From: Enterococcus phage VFW
Sequence record: LT546029.1
Length of the DNA: 32,000 nucleotides
Strand: one strand, 5' to 3'
In this document: positions 8,764 through 17,631 of the stretch, in pieces
How the letters are laid out: the number at the start of each line of letters is the position of its first letter
Numbering within the stretch: the stretch's first letter is position 1
Made by a program: the position numbers and the translations under genes
Notes under the pieces: model-generated
Seen by the model: the letters and a program-made list of their open reading frames with translations, nothing else
Databases searched by the model: none
Told to the model about the DNA's origin: nothing

Positions 8764-9267
8764 ATGGCAAGATTAGTCAAATGTTATGGCGAAGCATGTG
8801 AGAGTATTGGAAAAAAATGGGAAAAAGATATGTTAGTAAAATATAAAAATAAAAATTATTGTCCACAATGTGCAGAAATTGAAAAGAAAAATGATGATGA
8901 TCGTCAATTGTTGTATAGTTTAATTTCTGAATTATATCAAATTCCATTTCCAAATGGTTTGATGCTTCGTCAAATTAAACAATTCAAAGAACAGAGAAAA
9001 TATTCATATGAAAATATTCGTAAAGCATTATTATATGCAAACTATGTTCAACATGTAAAATTTAGTCCAAAATATGGATTAGGATTAGTTCCATATGTTA
9101 TTGATGAAGCAATTCGTTATCATGATGACCAAGTGAAAAAAGCCAAAGAAATGGAAGGTAAACAAGTGGTCACAACGAAGACAACGGTTCGTAAAAATTT
9201 TAACTCTTATGATAGAGATGAAAAAATGAAAAAGAAAATGATTGATTTGGAGGATATTAAATTATGA
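8764..9267 (+). CDS. Zinc-ribbon-like protein upstream of the helicase (possible replication accessory)
   Basis: CYGEACESIGKKWEKDMLVKYKNKNYCPQC. Overlaps the helicase start. Confidence 0.45.
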   Translation: MARLVKCYGEACESIGKKWEKDMLVKYKNKNYCPQCAEIEKKNDDDRQLLYSLISELYQIPFPNGLMLRQIKQFKEQRKYSYENIRKALLYANYVQHVKFSPKYGLGLVPYVIDEAIRYHDDQVKKAKEMEGKQVVTTKTTVRKNFNSYDRDEKMKKKMIDLEDIKL

Positions 9268-10844
9268 GCACCATGGAGTTAACACTAAATCCGACAAGAG
9301 CGATTTACAATTTTTTTGGCTCTGTAATGAAATCACCTGATATTTTGAAAGCACCTGAAATTATTTTAGGTGATCGTGATTTTGTTCAATCATTTCATAA
9401 AATTGTATATGCAGCATTAAATAACATTATTTTTAGCAATAGAGATAATATTAGTGATATTAGTCCAATTGATGTAGATAATTATCTTGCAAAATATCCA
9501 AATTATTATCGAGTTTGGGAAGAAAATAATGGTGTTGAATATTTAAATAATGCAAAACAAGTTTCAAATACTCAAATTGCAAATAAAGATTATGAAACAA
9601 TTAAAAAATTTAGTTTATTGAGAAATTATGTTGAAAATGGTATTGATGTTTCAGATATTTATGAATATGATAGCAATGACTTAGGTGCATTAACAGAAAG
9701 TAATAAAGTATTAGAAAATACAAGCATTAATGAAATTATTGAACATTTTACACAAAAAGCAATTGAAATTCGCAACGAGTGGAATGTTGATGATGGAAAA
9801 GTTAAAGACTTTAAAGCTGGTGATGATTTAGATGGACTTTTAGATCGTTTAGTTGAAAATCCAGATTTAGGTTTTCCATTTCAAAATTTAATGTATAATA
9901 CACTTTTTCGTGGAATGCGCAAAGAGAAGTTTATGTTGAGATCTGGTGCAACGGGAACTGGTAAAACTCGTCAAGCTATAAGAGATATGGTATCAATTGC
10001 TTGTGAAAAAATTTGGGTAACAGGATTAGGTTGGAAAAGTTTAGGTCCTTCGTTTCCAGCATTATTCATATCTACCGAAATTGAACAAGAGGAATTACAA
10101 ACAATTATGTTAGCATATTTAACTGGTATTCCAGATTCTGATATTAAAAATGGAAATTATGATGCAGCAACTCGTAAGAGATTAGAAGAAGCCATTGAGA
10201 TTTTGAAGAAAGCACCTTTGTTCATGACTTACATTGAGGACTTCTCAATTAGTGATATTGAAATGAAAATTGAAGAATATATTGTCAAAGAAAATGTACA
10301 ATATGTTGCGTTTGACTATGTTCAAATGACGCCAAAATTAAGTAAAACAATGAATGATAATTTTGGAACAACATTACGTGAAGACCAAATTTTAGTTCAT
10401 TTTTCTTCTGCATTAAAAGGAATTGCAGGTCGTTATGGAATTTTTCTTGAAAGTAGTACACAATTAAATAGAGGTAGTAAAGAAATTGAAAATCGTGATG
10501 CGTCTTCATTACGTGGAGGTTTAGCAACAGCAGATAAGGTTGATTATGGTGTTTTAACATTTAAAGTTTCACAAAAAGAAAAAGATGGATTAAAACATAT
10601 TTTACAGCAAGGTTTTGGTGGAGATGTTCAAAAAACACCAGATTTTTCTCACTGGGTTTATAAAAATCGTGCTGGTTTAGACCATGTTGTAATTTGGACA
10701 AAAATGAATTTAGGAACAATGCGTGAAGAAGTATTGTTTGTAACTGATTATGATTTTAATTTAATTGAAATAAATGGAACTGAAATTGAATTTGAAAGTG
10801 TTGATACAATGCCAGAAGAAATTGAAAATGTTCCAGTATTTTAG
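9264..10844 (+). CDS. dnaB-like: Replicative DNA helicase, DnaB/RecA-fold family
   Basis: Walker A RSGATGTGKTRQ, PALFISTEIEQEELQTIMLAYLTGI, VQYVAFDYVQMTPKL, adjacent primase. Confidence 0.75.
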   Translation: MSTMELTLNPTRAIYNFFGSVMKSPDILKAPEIILGDRDFVQSFHKIVYAALNNIIFSNRDNISDISPIDVDNYLAKYPNYYRVWEENNGVEYLNNAKQVSNTQIANKDYETIKKFSLLRNYVENGIDVSDIYEYDSNDLGALTESNKVLENTSINEIIEHFTQKAIEIRNEWNVDDGKVKDFKAGDDLDGLLDRLVENPDLGFPFQNLMYNTLFRGMRKEKFMLRSGATGTGKTRQAIRDMVSIACEKIWVTGLGWKSLGPSFPALFISTEIEQEELQTIMLAYLTGIPDSDIKNGNYDAATRKRLEEAIEILKKAPLFMTYIEDFSISDIEMKIEEYIVKENVQYVAFDYVQMTPKLSKTMNDNFGTTLREDQILVHFSSALKGIAGRYGIFLESSTQLNRGSKEIENRDASSLRGGLATADKVDYGVLTFKVSQKEKDGLKHILQQGFGGDVQKTPDFSHWVYKNRAGLDHVVIWTKMNLGTMREEVLFVTDYDFNLIEINGTEIEFESVDTMPEEIENVPVF

Positions 10845-10855
10845 AGGTGAAATAA

Positions 10856-11905
10856 GTGGACGCTAAAAAAGTTGTAGAAATGTTAAATGATCGAGACATA
10901 TTTGATCTTCTTGAGGAATTAGGTGGACAACCAATTGAAAGAGGAAATACAATTGATGCGTTGACGATTTGCCATGGTGGACATAAACATAAACTGACTT
11001 ATTATAAAGAAAGTAAATCATTTCAATGTTGGACAAATTGCGGCCATATGTCGATATTCGATATGGTCGCAAAAGTTATTGATGGTGAATTTATAGATGC
11101 TTTAAAATTTATAGTAAAAAAATATAATTTACAAGATAATGATTATCAAGTTGGTTTTACATTTGAAAAAGTAGAAGATCCGGGTAAAAAATTATTAGAA
11201 AAAATGAAAGGAGTAGAAATGCCAACTTTCATAAAGTTAAACTCGGATATTTTAAAAGACTTTTATCCATTTTATCACCAACTTTGGATAAATGATGGAA
11301 TTTCTATAGAATCAATGAAAAAATATAGAATTAAATATTCCATTGAGAATAATCAAATAATTATTCCGCACTTTGATAAAAATGGAAATTTAATTGGAGT
11401 TCGTGCTCGTAATTTAAACAAAAAAGAAGTGGACGAAGGTAAAAAATATATGCCAATATTCCATGGTGGCAAAGTTTTAAAACATATGACTGGAGCAAAT
11501 TTATACGGTCTTTATGAAAACAGAGAAAATATTGAAAAAGATAAAAAATTAATATTGTTTGAATCAGAAAAAAGCGTTTTACAATTAAATAGTATGTTAC
11601 CAGATCATTCAATTGGTGTATGTGTTTCAGGCTCCTCATTAACACAATATCAACTTGAATTAATCAAGGAACTTAATATAGATGAAGTAATTATTGGTGT
11701 TGATAAAGAATTCAGTGAAGTTGGAACAGAAAAAGAGAAAATATATGCTGAAAAAATATTAAGAGTTTTTAAGAGAAAATTAGCACCATATGTAAGAGTG
11801 TCAGTTTTATGGGATTTGGAAAACGACATTGAGGAAAAAGATAGTCCCACAGATAAAGGAAAAGAAATATTTTTAAAATTGTTTAAAAATAGAATATATA
11901 TTTAG
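10856..11905 (+). CDS. dnaG-like: DnaG-type DNA primase (CHC2-like zinc finger plus TOPRIM)
   Basis: ICHGGHKHKLTYY...FQCWTNCGHMSIFDMV zinc motif, LILFESEKSVLQL and EVIIGVDKEF TOPRIM-like motifs. Confidence 0.75.
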   Translation: MDAKKVVEMLNDRDIFDLLEELGGQPIERGNTIDALTICHGGHKHKLTYYKESKSFQCWTNCGHMSIFDMVAKVIDGEFIDALKFIVKKYNLQDNDYQVGFTFEKVEDPGKKLLEKMKGVEMPTFIKLNSDILKDFYPFYHQLWINDGISIESMKKYRIKYSIENNQIIIPHFDKNGNLIGVRARNLNKKEVDEGKKYMPIFHGGKVLKHMTGANLYGLYENRENIEKDKKLILFESEKSVLQLNSMLPDHSIGVCVSGSSLTQYQLELIKELNIDEVIIGVDKEFSEVGTEKEKIYAEKILRVFKRKLAPYVRVSVLWDLENDIEEKDSPTDKGKEIFLKLFKNRIYI

Positions 11906-11912
11906 GAGAGAT

Positions 11913-13742
11913 TTGATGGAATTCACAGAGAAAAATTTGTTTAACCCAGGAAAAAATTCGTTTGTTGAGGATGTGTTAGCACTCCATGGAGTTAATCCAG
12001 AAATGTTTTTAAATGGAAAAGACCACGAAGATGAAATTACTTCAAAACCAAGTTTATATTTCAATATGTTTAAAGCTGCTAATCTGGTGCGAAAACATAT
12101 TGGAACAAATTCGTCCATTGGAATTTTAGTGGATGATGATGCTGATGGAATGACTTCTGCTGCAGCAATGGCACGTGTGTTATTTAAGAGGGGACACCAT
12201 GGAGCAAAATTTATTTTCCACGATGAGAAAGGGCATGGACTCCATGGAGAAGTTGAAAAAATCATTGAGCAAAAAATTGACTTCTTAATTGTGCCCGACG
12301 CAGGTTCTAATGATTTTAAAGAACAAGAAAAAATATTAGAAGCTGGGATTGACTTATTAATTTTAGACCACCATGGAGTAGATAATGAAAGACCAATTTT
12401 GGAATTGGAAGCATTATACAGTGGTTATGCATTAGTAAATAATCAATTATCTTATAATAGAAAAGGTGTTAATAAACAGCTTGTTGGAGCAGGAATGGTT
12501 TATAAATTTGCCCAAACTTTAGATGCTGAATTTGGAACCGATGAATTTTCAAAAGATATTATTGATTTAGTAGCAGTTGGACAAATTGGTGATGCAAGTG
12601 ATGTATCAGATTTAGAAATTCAATTAATTATTCGTGAAGGATTAGATAATTTAAAAAATCCACTGTTAGTAGAAGCATTAAGAAACCGTATTGTAAAAGG
12701 TCAAAAAATTGCACCTATCAATATGTCGTTTGATATTATTCCATATATTAATGCTGTTACACGTGTTGGAAAAATGGATGAAAAAATCGAATTAATGAAA
12801 GGACTAATTGGTTTTTGGCCAGCTGATGAAACGGTTATCATTCAAAAGAGAAGAAAAAACAAACTAACAAACAAATTTGAAATTCGTGAAGAACCATGGA
12901 CTCACTATGGAATCTTAATGGATAATTTATCAAAAATTAAAAATAGACAAAACAAAGAAATTGATAAAGTTCTCAAAAAAATTGAGGATCCTTATAATGA
13001 AAATATTGTTATCGCGGCCCTCAATGAAGATGAGATCGAATATCGATCAATCACTGGGTTAATTGCTAATAAATTGGTTTCTCAATATAATAAACCAGCA
13101 CTTGTATTAATTTCTGAAGAAAAAGGAACAAAATTTAGTGGTTCAGCTCGTGGACATGAAAAAACTGTTTCTTCATTCAGACAATGGTGTTTAAGCACTG
13201 AACTATTTGAATTGGCGCAAGGACATGATAACGCATTTGGTGTTATTATTGATGAACTAAAATTAGAAGAATTAATGCAAAATGGTACTTTAGAAACAGA
13301 AGTAAATCAAGTGACATATGAAGTTAACAAAATCTATGAAAATGAAACAAACATTGAGGAAATCAAAATGATTAACGACAATGCGTGGATTTTCGGTGGC
13401 TCCATGGCGGCGCCAAAATTTGGTTATAAAAACTTAGTGATTGGTCGCAATTGTGTATCACAAAGAGGTTCTGTGGTTACGTTTTTCGACCATGGTTTAG
13501 AGTTTATTATGTATAAACAACCAGCTGGTTTAGTTGATTCATTTTTAGAAAAAATGGGCTTTGAACAAAAATTGGTAGTAAATTTAGTTGGGCACGCTAG
13601 TAGAAATGAATGGAATGGAAGAGTAAAAGAACAAGTGGTTTTAGATGATTTTGAAATGATGACATTAGCAGAAAGTGGAATTGAAGATAAGGCACCAACT
13701 TTCGATCCTAACTTTGATGATGATGGAAATTTAGTTTTTTAA
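11913..13742 (+). CDS. recJ-like: RecJ-like DHH-family single-strand exonuclease
   Basis: GILVDDDADGMTSA, VPDAGSND, LLILDHHGVD and GSARGHEKTVSSF motifs. Confidence 0.8.
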   Translation: MMEFTEKNLFNPGKNSFVEDVLALHGVNPEMFLNGKDHEDEITSKPSLYFNMFKAANLVRKHIGTNSSIGILVDDDADGMTSAAAMARVLFKRGHHGAKFIFHDEKGHGLHGEVEKIIEQKIDFLIVPDAGSNDFKEQEKILEAGIDLLILDHHGVDNERPILELEALYSGYALVNNQLSYNRKGVNKQLVGAGMVYKFAQTLDAEFGTDEFSKDIIDLVAVGQIGDASDVSDLEIQLIIREGLDNLKNPLLVEALRNRIVKGQKIAPINMSFDIIPYINAVTRVGKMDEKIELMKGLIGFWPADETVIIQKRRKNKLTNKFEIREEPWTHYGILMDNLSKIKNRQNKEIDKVLKKIEDPYNENIVIAALNEDEIEYRSITGLIANKLVSQYNKPALVLISEEKGTKFSGSARGHEKTVSSFRQWCLSTELFELAQGHDNAFGVIIDELKLEELMQNGTLETEVNQVTYEVNKIYENETNIEEIKMINDNAWIFGGSMAAPKFGYKNLVIGRNCVSQRGSVVTFFDHGLEFIMYKQPAGLVDSFLEKMGFEQKLVVNLVGHASRNEWNGRVKEQVVLDDFEMMTLAESGIEDKAPTFDPNFDDDGNLVF

Positions 13743-13751
13743 TAAAAAATG

Positions 13752-13781
13752 TGGAGAATGTTGTTTACATTCTCCATTTTT
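13752..13781 (+). terminator. Terminator overlapping P8
   Basis: TGGAGAATG-TTGTTTA-CATTCTCCA perfect 9-bp stem followed by TTTTT. Confidence 0.8.
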
Positions 13782-13791
13782 ATGATATAAT
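13764..13791 (+). promoter_or_regulatory. Promoter P8 (TTTACA 13764-13769, TATAAT 13786-13791)
   Basis: 16-nt spacer. -35 lies in the hairpin loop and descending arm. Confidence 0.8.
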
Positions 13792-13838
13792 ATAAATATA
13801 AATAAAAAAAAAAGAAAAAAAGAAAGTAGGAAATTATT

Positions 13839-14441
13839 ATGGCAAAAGTAAAATATTCAAAATACGATGTGTATGACTTTTTGGATTCTAAGAAAGCAGA
13901 AATTTTAGAGAAAAAATTGGCTCCACTGTACAAAATTAGAGATGAAATTAAGTATGAAGGAATTAAAGCTAAATATTCAAAAATTAATATTGAAAAATTA
14001 AATGAAAAAATTAGCGAATTAAATGGAATGTTGTCCGATATTGATTTTGAATATTCAACATATTCTTCAAAATTATATGACTTATATGTAACAACAGGCA
14101 ATATGAAGGATAAAATTCTCAAAAAAGGATTAGAGAAAGCAGTTGCAGATGATGTATCATGCACAGTACTATTACATGAACTTCCAGATTATAACCAAGC
14201 AGAAGATAATATTCGCCAAACTAGAGGTGAAATTGTAGAAGAATTTCAAAAATTAGATAGAATGGTTAAAAGCTGTAAAGATGGAGCTCAAGCTGTTTTA
14301 CAATTAAATAAATTAGGCTTCGACACTTCAACGATTAAACCTTCAAGTGGAAGTAATGAACTATTAGTTTTAAATATTAATAATGATTTATTGGGCTTAC
14401 CAGAAGAAAGCTCCGACGTTGCAGAAAACTCAGAGTTCTAA
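13839..14441 (+). CDS. Hypothetical protein
   Basis: ORF after the GAAAGTAGGAAATTATTATG leader. Confidence 0.6.
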   Translation: MAKVKYSKYDVYDFLDSKKAEILEKKLAPLYKIRDEIKYEGIKAKYSKINIEKLNEKISELNGMLSDIDFEYSTYSSKLYDLYVTTGNMKDKILKKGLEKAVADDVSCTVLLHELPDYNQAEDNIRQTRGEIVEEFQKLDRMVKSCKDGAQAVLQLNKLGFDTSTIKPSSGSNELLVLNINNDLLGLPEESSDVAENSEF

Positions 14442-14455
14442 TGGAGGTATCTTAA

Positions 14456-14839
14456 ATGGATAATAATAAAATTGAAGATAGTAAAGTGGAGAAAATAATT
14501 GATTTAATTGAATCGTTATTAATTGTTAATGAAATTAATGAAGAAACAGAAGTGTGGATTGAAACACTAACTCCTTCGCATGGGCAGTGCCACTTACCAG
14601 TTACTGGTCTCTCCATGGATGGCGAAAATGATCTCTTTTTACTATTAGATATTGATAAAGATCATGGTGTTAAAGTTCCGCAATTACTTGAATATTTACA
14701 AAAATATACTGATGAGAATGAAGTAGAAGAATTATGGTATTGGAGTGGAATTAACGAACCTTTTACAGTTGATTCATATTATGTTATGGAAGACAACACT
14801 TTAGTTTTTAGTGATTATAATGGTGAACGTGATGAATAG
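14456..14839 (+). CDS. Hypothetical acidic protein
   Basis: ORF with a TGGAGG ribosome site. Confidence 0.6.
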   Translation: MDNNKIEDSKVEKIIDLIESLLIVNEINEETEVWIETLTPSHGQCHLPVTGLSMDGENDLFLLLDIDKDHGVKVPQLLEYLQKYTDENEVEELWYWSGINEPFTVDSYYVMEDNTLVFSDYNGERDE

Positions 14840-15302
14840 AAGAATTGAAGGCCCATTAAAATATATTATTGATGATAAAAACAGGTATCTTACACGAGAT
14901 ACAAATTTTATTCCAAAATTAAAAGATGAATTAATTAAGACGTTTAGACTACTTTGTGATGGTGATGACAATGTTAGATTAGTTTATGACACTCATTTTA
15001 AACAATCATATATTTTTCATGCTAGAAATGATGGAAATTTAATTTTTCCAATATTAGGTTTTTCTTTACAACCAAAGGAAGACGAAATATTCCAAACTGT
15101 TTTTGCTCCATATAAAATAAAAGATAATTATAATATATATATCGTTGTCCATATTTTTGGAGAAGAAATATATAATCTATCCATTAATCAAATATCAGTT
15201 TACTATAATGAGAAAAATGAAGAAATACCACAAGAAATTACATTCTTAAATGGTAAAACTAGAAAATTTAATCAATATCATAGACTATTAGATTTATTTT
15301 AA
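14832..15302 (+). CDS. Hypothetical protein
   Basis: ATG at 14832 overlaps the previous stop. The ORF track start at 14811 is probably too early. Confidence 0.55.
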   Translation: MNRRIEGPLKYIIDDKNRYLTRDTNFIPKLKDELIKTFRLLCDGDDNVRLVYDTHFKQSYIFHARNDGNLIFPILGFSLQPKEDEIFQTVFAPYKIKDNYNIYIVVHIFGEEIYNLSINQISVYYNEKNEEIPQEITFLNGKTRKFNQYHRLLDLF

Positions 15303-15350
15303 AAAAATGAGATTTTTGTGCAATTTTTTATGTACAAAGTCTCATTTTTT
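15302..15350 (+). terminator. Terminator containing promoter P9 -35
   Basis: AAAAAATGAGA...TCTCATTTTTT, with inner TTTGTGCA/TGTACAAA pairing. Confidence 0.7.
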
Positions 15351-15359
15351 ATGTATAAT
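15331..15359 (+). promoter_or_regulatory. Promoter P9 (-35 TGTACA 15331-15336, TATAAT 15354-15359)
   Basis: 17-nt spacer. The -35 hexamer is a variant. Confidence 0.7.
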
Positions 15360-15399
15360 AAATATATAATAAATAAACAAATAGAAAAGAGGTAAGAAA

Positions 15400-15528
15400 A
15401 TGCTGAACGAGCAACAACCTTTAACTATAGAAGAAGAAATTGAATTACAAATTCAATCCGTTGAATTGATAATGGAAATTGAAGAAATAATTGATAAAAA
15501 TGGAAAAATTTATGGAAAAACTTTATAA
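15400..15528 (+). CDS. Small acidic protein, 42 aa
   Basis: MLNEQQPLTIEEEIELQIQSVELIMEIEEIIDKNGKIYGKTL. Bounded by promoters P9 and P10, below the ORF-track size cutoff. Confidence 0.45.
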   Translation: MLNEQQPLTIEEEIELQIQSVELIMEIEEIIDKNGKIYGKTL

Positions 15529-15534
15529 AAACTG

Positions 15535-15563
15535 TTTACAAAATAGAAAAGTTAATGTATAAT
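15535..15563 (+). promoter_or_regulatory. Promoter P10 (TTTACA 15535-15540, TATAAT 15558-15563)
   Basis: 17-nt spacer. Confidence 0.85.
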
Positions 15564-15610
15564 AAATATATAATAAATAAACAAAACAAAATAGAAAGTA
15601 GGAAATAACA

Positions 15611-15805
15611 ATGATGAAAAATTTAGAAAAATTCAATTTAAACGCAGGAGATAAAGTATTATTTGATGGTGATGTATATTTAATCTTAGATAGAAATATT
15701 ACACCATACAACGTTGGAATGTATCAATTACAAAATTCAGAAAATGAAAATCATAAATTTTGGCAAGCTGCTCATATTACAGAACAAACTTCAACAAAAT
15801 TATAA
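15611..15805 (+). CDS. Small hypothetical protein
   Basis: ORF after the AGAAAGTAGGAAATAACA leader. Confidence 0.5.
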   Translation: MMKNLEKFNLNAGDKVLFDGDVYLILDRNITPYNVGMYQLQNSENENHKFWQAAHITEQTSTKL

Positions 15806-15827
15806 AAAAAGAAAGAGGTAAATAAAA

Positions 15828-15974
15828 ATGAAAAAACAATATCAATCTAAAGAGCAAGAAATTTTAAACCAAGCTAAAACAATATCAAAATTAGAAAGCT
15901 TGAGTGCAAAAGAAAAAGTTGCAGTATTAAAATTTTTAGAAAAGAAACATGTAAACATGGGAGGAAATTGGTAA
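15828..15974 (+). CDS. Small hypothetical protein, 48 aa
   Basis: MKKQYQSKEQEILNQAKTISKLESLSAKEKVAVLKFLEKKHVNMGGNW. Preceded by GAAAGAGG. Confidence 0.4.
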   Translation: MKKQYQSKEQEILNQAKTISKLESLSAKEKVAVLKFLEKKHVNMGGNW

Positions 15975-15975
15975 C

Positions 15976-16176
15976 ATGGAAGAAAAACTAGAATCAGGAA
16001 TGGCAGTAATTGTAAATGTAAATGATGGAAAAGTAATTATTGAAGACCGAATTGGAATTATTACAGAAGTTTTTCCTCAAAAATATACAGCGTTGACTGG
16101 TTTTCATTATGAAGTTTCACTTTTAAATAGTGGAACAGTCGTTAGATGCAAGAAAAAAGAAATTAAGAAAATGTAA
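15976..16176 (+). CDS. Small hypothetical protein
   Basis: ORF with GGGAGG upstream. Confidence 0.5.
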   Translation: MEEKLESGMAVIVNVNDGKVIIEDRIGIITEVFPQKYTALTGFHYEVSLLNSGTVVRCKKKEIKKM

Positions 16177-16197
16177 GCTTTAAAGGTTTACATTTTC
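16167..16197 (+). terminator. Hairpin overlapping the stop codon and P11 -35
   Basis: GAAAATGTAA / TTACATTTTC perfect 10-bp stem. The T-rich tract is short. Confidence 0.5.
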
Positions 16198-16215
16198 ACT
16201 ATTTATTGATATAAT
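16187..16215 (+). promoter_or_regulatory. Promoter P11 driving the modification cassette (TTTACA 16187-16192, TATAAT 16210-16215)
   Basis: 17-nt spacer. Confidence 0.85.
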
Positions 16216-16248
16216 ATACCTATAAAATAAATTAAATTGGAGGTATTT

Positions 16249-16764
16249 ATGAATTTAGTTATTGAGGGTCCTAAAGCAAGTGGAAAAAGCACAATTTCTC
16301 ATTATTTTATTGAAAAATATTTAACGACATATGATCATATGAGCTCTGATAGTGATAACTCATTGGAAGGACACTTAAATTTATTAAAAGGTAAAAAAGG
16401 TGAATCATTAAATCATGTTATAGATCGTTTTTCAGTAGGAGAAATGATTTATCCTAATTTATATGGTCGTGAAGGAAAATTAAATTTAGATGAATTTAAT
16501 GTCACAATGAGTTCAGAAAATACATTATACGTTATTCTTTATTCGTCGTCTGATGTATTATTATTTGATCGAATTGAATGTAGAGGTAGAAATACAGATG
16601 ATGAAGATCATGATTTAGTGTCAAAATCAAATTTTGCATTTAAGATGATTGGTGAATCACTGAAATATCGTGAAAATGTATTATTATTTGATGTTGCAAA
16701 AGTAAGATTAAAAGAAATTATTGGTTTAATCGAAGAAAAATTGGAGGAATTGAACAAATGTTGA
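16249..16764 (+). CDS. P-loop nucleoside/nucleotide-kinase-like protein
   Basis: MNLVIEGPKASGKSTISHYF Walker A. GGAGG precedes ATG 16249. The 3' end overlaps the hydroxymethylase start. Confidence 0.6.
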   Translation: MNLVIEGPKASGKSTISHYFIEKYLTTYDHMSSDSDNSLEGHLNLLKGKKGESLNHVIDRFSVGEMIYPNLYGREGKLNLDEFNVTMSSENTLYVILYSSSDVLLFDRIECRGRNTDDEDHDLVSKSNFAFKMIGESLKYRENVLLFDVAKVRLKEIIGLIEEKLEELNKC

Positions 16765-17603
16765 AATTTAAAAATGTGAATGATGCATGGTATCATTTAG
16801 TTAAAGAAGTAGTTAACAAAGGCGACGAGATTGGCAATACAAAAGAATTGACAAATGTTGCTTTTCAAATTGAAAATCCATGGGAAAATATTGTTTCATG
16901 CAGAAATAGTTTTTCATTAACATATTATTTAGGTGAAATGGTTTGGTATGGCGCAGGTAAAGATGATGTAGAATTTATTAGTAAATTTGGTCGTGTATGG
17001 AACCATTTAACAGATAATGGAATTTATAATAATAGTGCATATGGATATATTTTAAAAAATAAACATGGTTTTAACCAAATCGATAAAGCAGTTGAACTAT
17101 TATCGAAAGATAAATATAGTCGTCGAGCAGTTTTAAATATTAATATTCCACGACGAGACGTCATTGAAACAAATGATGAAATGTGCACAATTGCCTTACA
17201 GTTTTTAATTCGTGATAATGAATTGCATATGACTGGAATTATGCGCTCTAATGATTTGTGGACTGGTACTCCATATGACTTATTTTACTTTACGTCATTA
17301 CAACAATTAGTTGCACAACGATTAAATGTTTCAGTTGGAACATATACACATTTCGCTACTTCATTACATTATTATTTACGTGATGAAGAGAAATTACGTA
17401 AATCAATTGATATTTATGATAAAAACCAAGAAGTAGATATTCGAATTAATGGGGTTGACCTTTTATATTCAGCAAGTGATTTATATCACACTGTAAAATA
17501 TGATAAAAATCCAAAATTAAGTTTAGTTGAAATTTGTGACCGTCGTGGAATTATTAAAGGTGAAGAAGTAAAAAATACAATTGAAAAACTATCTGCTTTT
17601 TAG
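16758..17603 (+). CDS. Thymidylate-synthase-family pyrimidine hydroxymethylase, predicted dCMP hydroxymethylase
   Basis: DEMCTIALQFLIRDNELHMTGIMRSNDLWTGTPYD aligns by eye with T4 gp42 (MCTNTVQYLIRDKKINAVVNMRSNDVVFGFRND). Cys143 is nucleophile-like. Asp174 stands where thymidylate synthase has Asn177. SLHYY resembles SLHVY. Confidence 0.85.
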   Translation: MLKFKNVNDAWYHLVKEVVNKGDEIGNTKELTNVAFQIENPWENIVSCRNSFSLTYYLGEMVWYGAGKDDVEFISKFGRVWNHLTDNGIYNNSAYGYILKNKHGFNQIDKAVELLSKDKYSRRAVLNINIPRRDVIETNDEMCTIALQFLIRDNELHMTGIMRSNDLWTGTPYDLFYFTSLQQLVAQRLNVSVGTYTHFATSLHYYLRDEEKLRKSIDIYDKNQEVDIRINGVDLLYSASDLYHTVKYDKNPKLSLVEICDRRGIIKGEEVKNTIEKLSAF

Positions 17604-17631
17604 CAGATAGTTTGTATAAAGGAGAAGAGAT

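Noticed and set aside
11873-12265. 130-aa minus-strand ORF and other antisense ORFs over primase/RecJ
   Set aside because: They lie opposite conserved domains of known enzymes, and their low-complexity Ser/Phe content is typical of antisense frames.
13739-14164. 141-aa minus-strand ORF
   Set aside because: It is antisense to the well-supported plus-strand CDS 13839-14441 and to the P8 promoter, lacks a recognisable family and has no minus-strand promoter. It likely arises from AT-rich composition.
16758-17603. Annotation as ordinary thymidylate synthase or as an hmU-forming enzyme
   Set aside because: The Asp at the Asn177-equivalent position, and a neighbouring hmC-specific glucosyltransferase homolog, favour dCMP hydroxymethylase. 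Biochemical confirmation is still needed.
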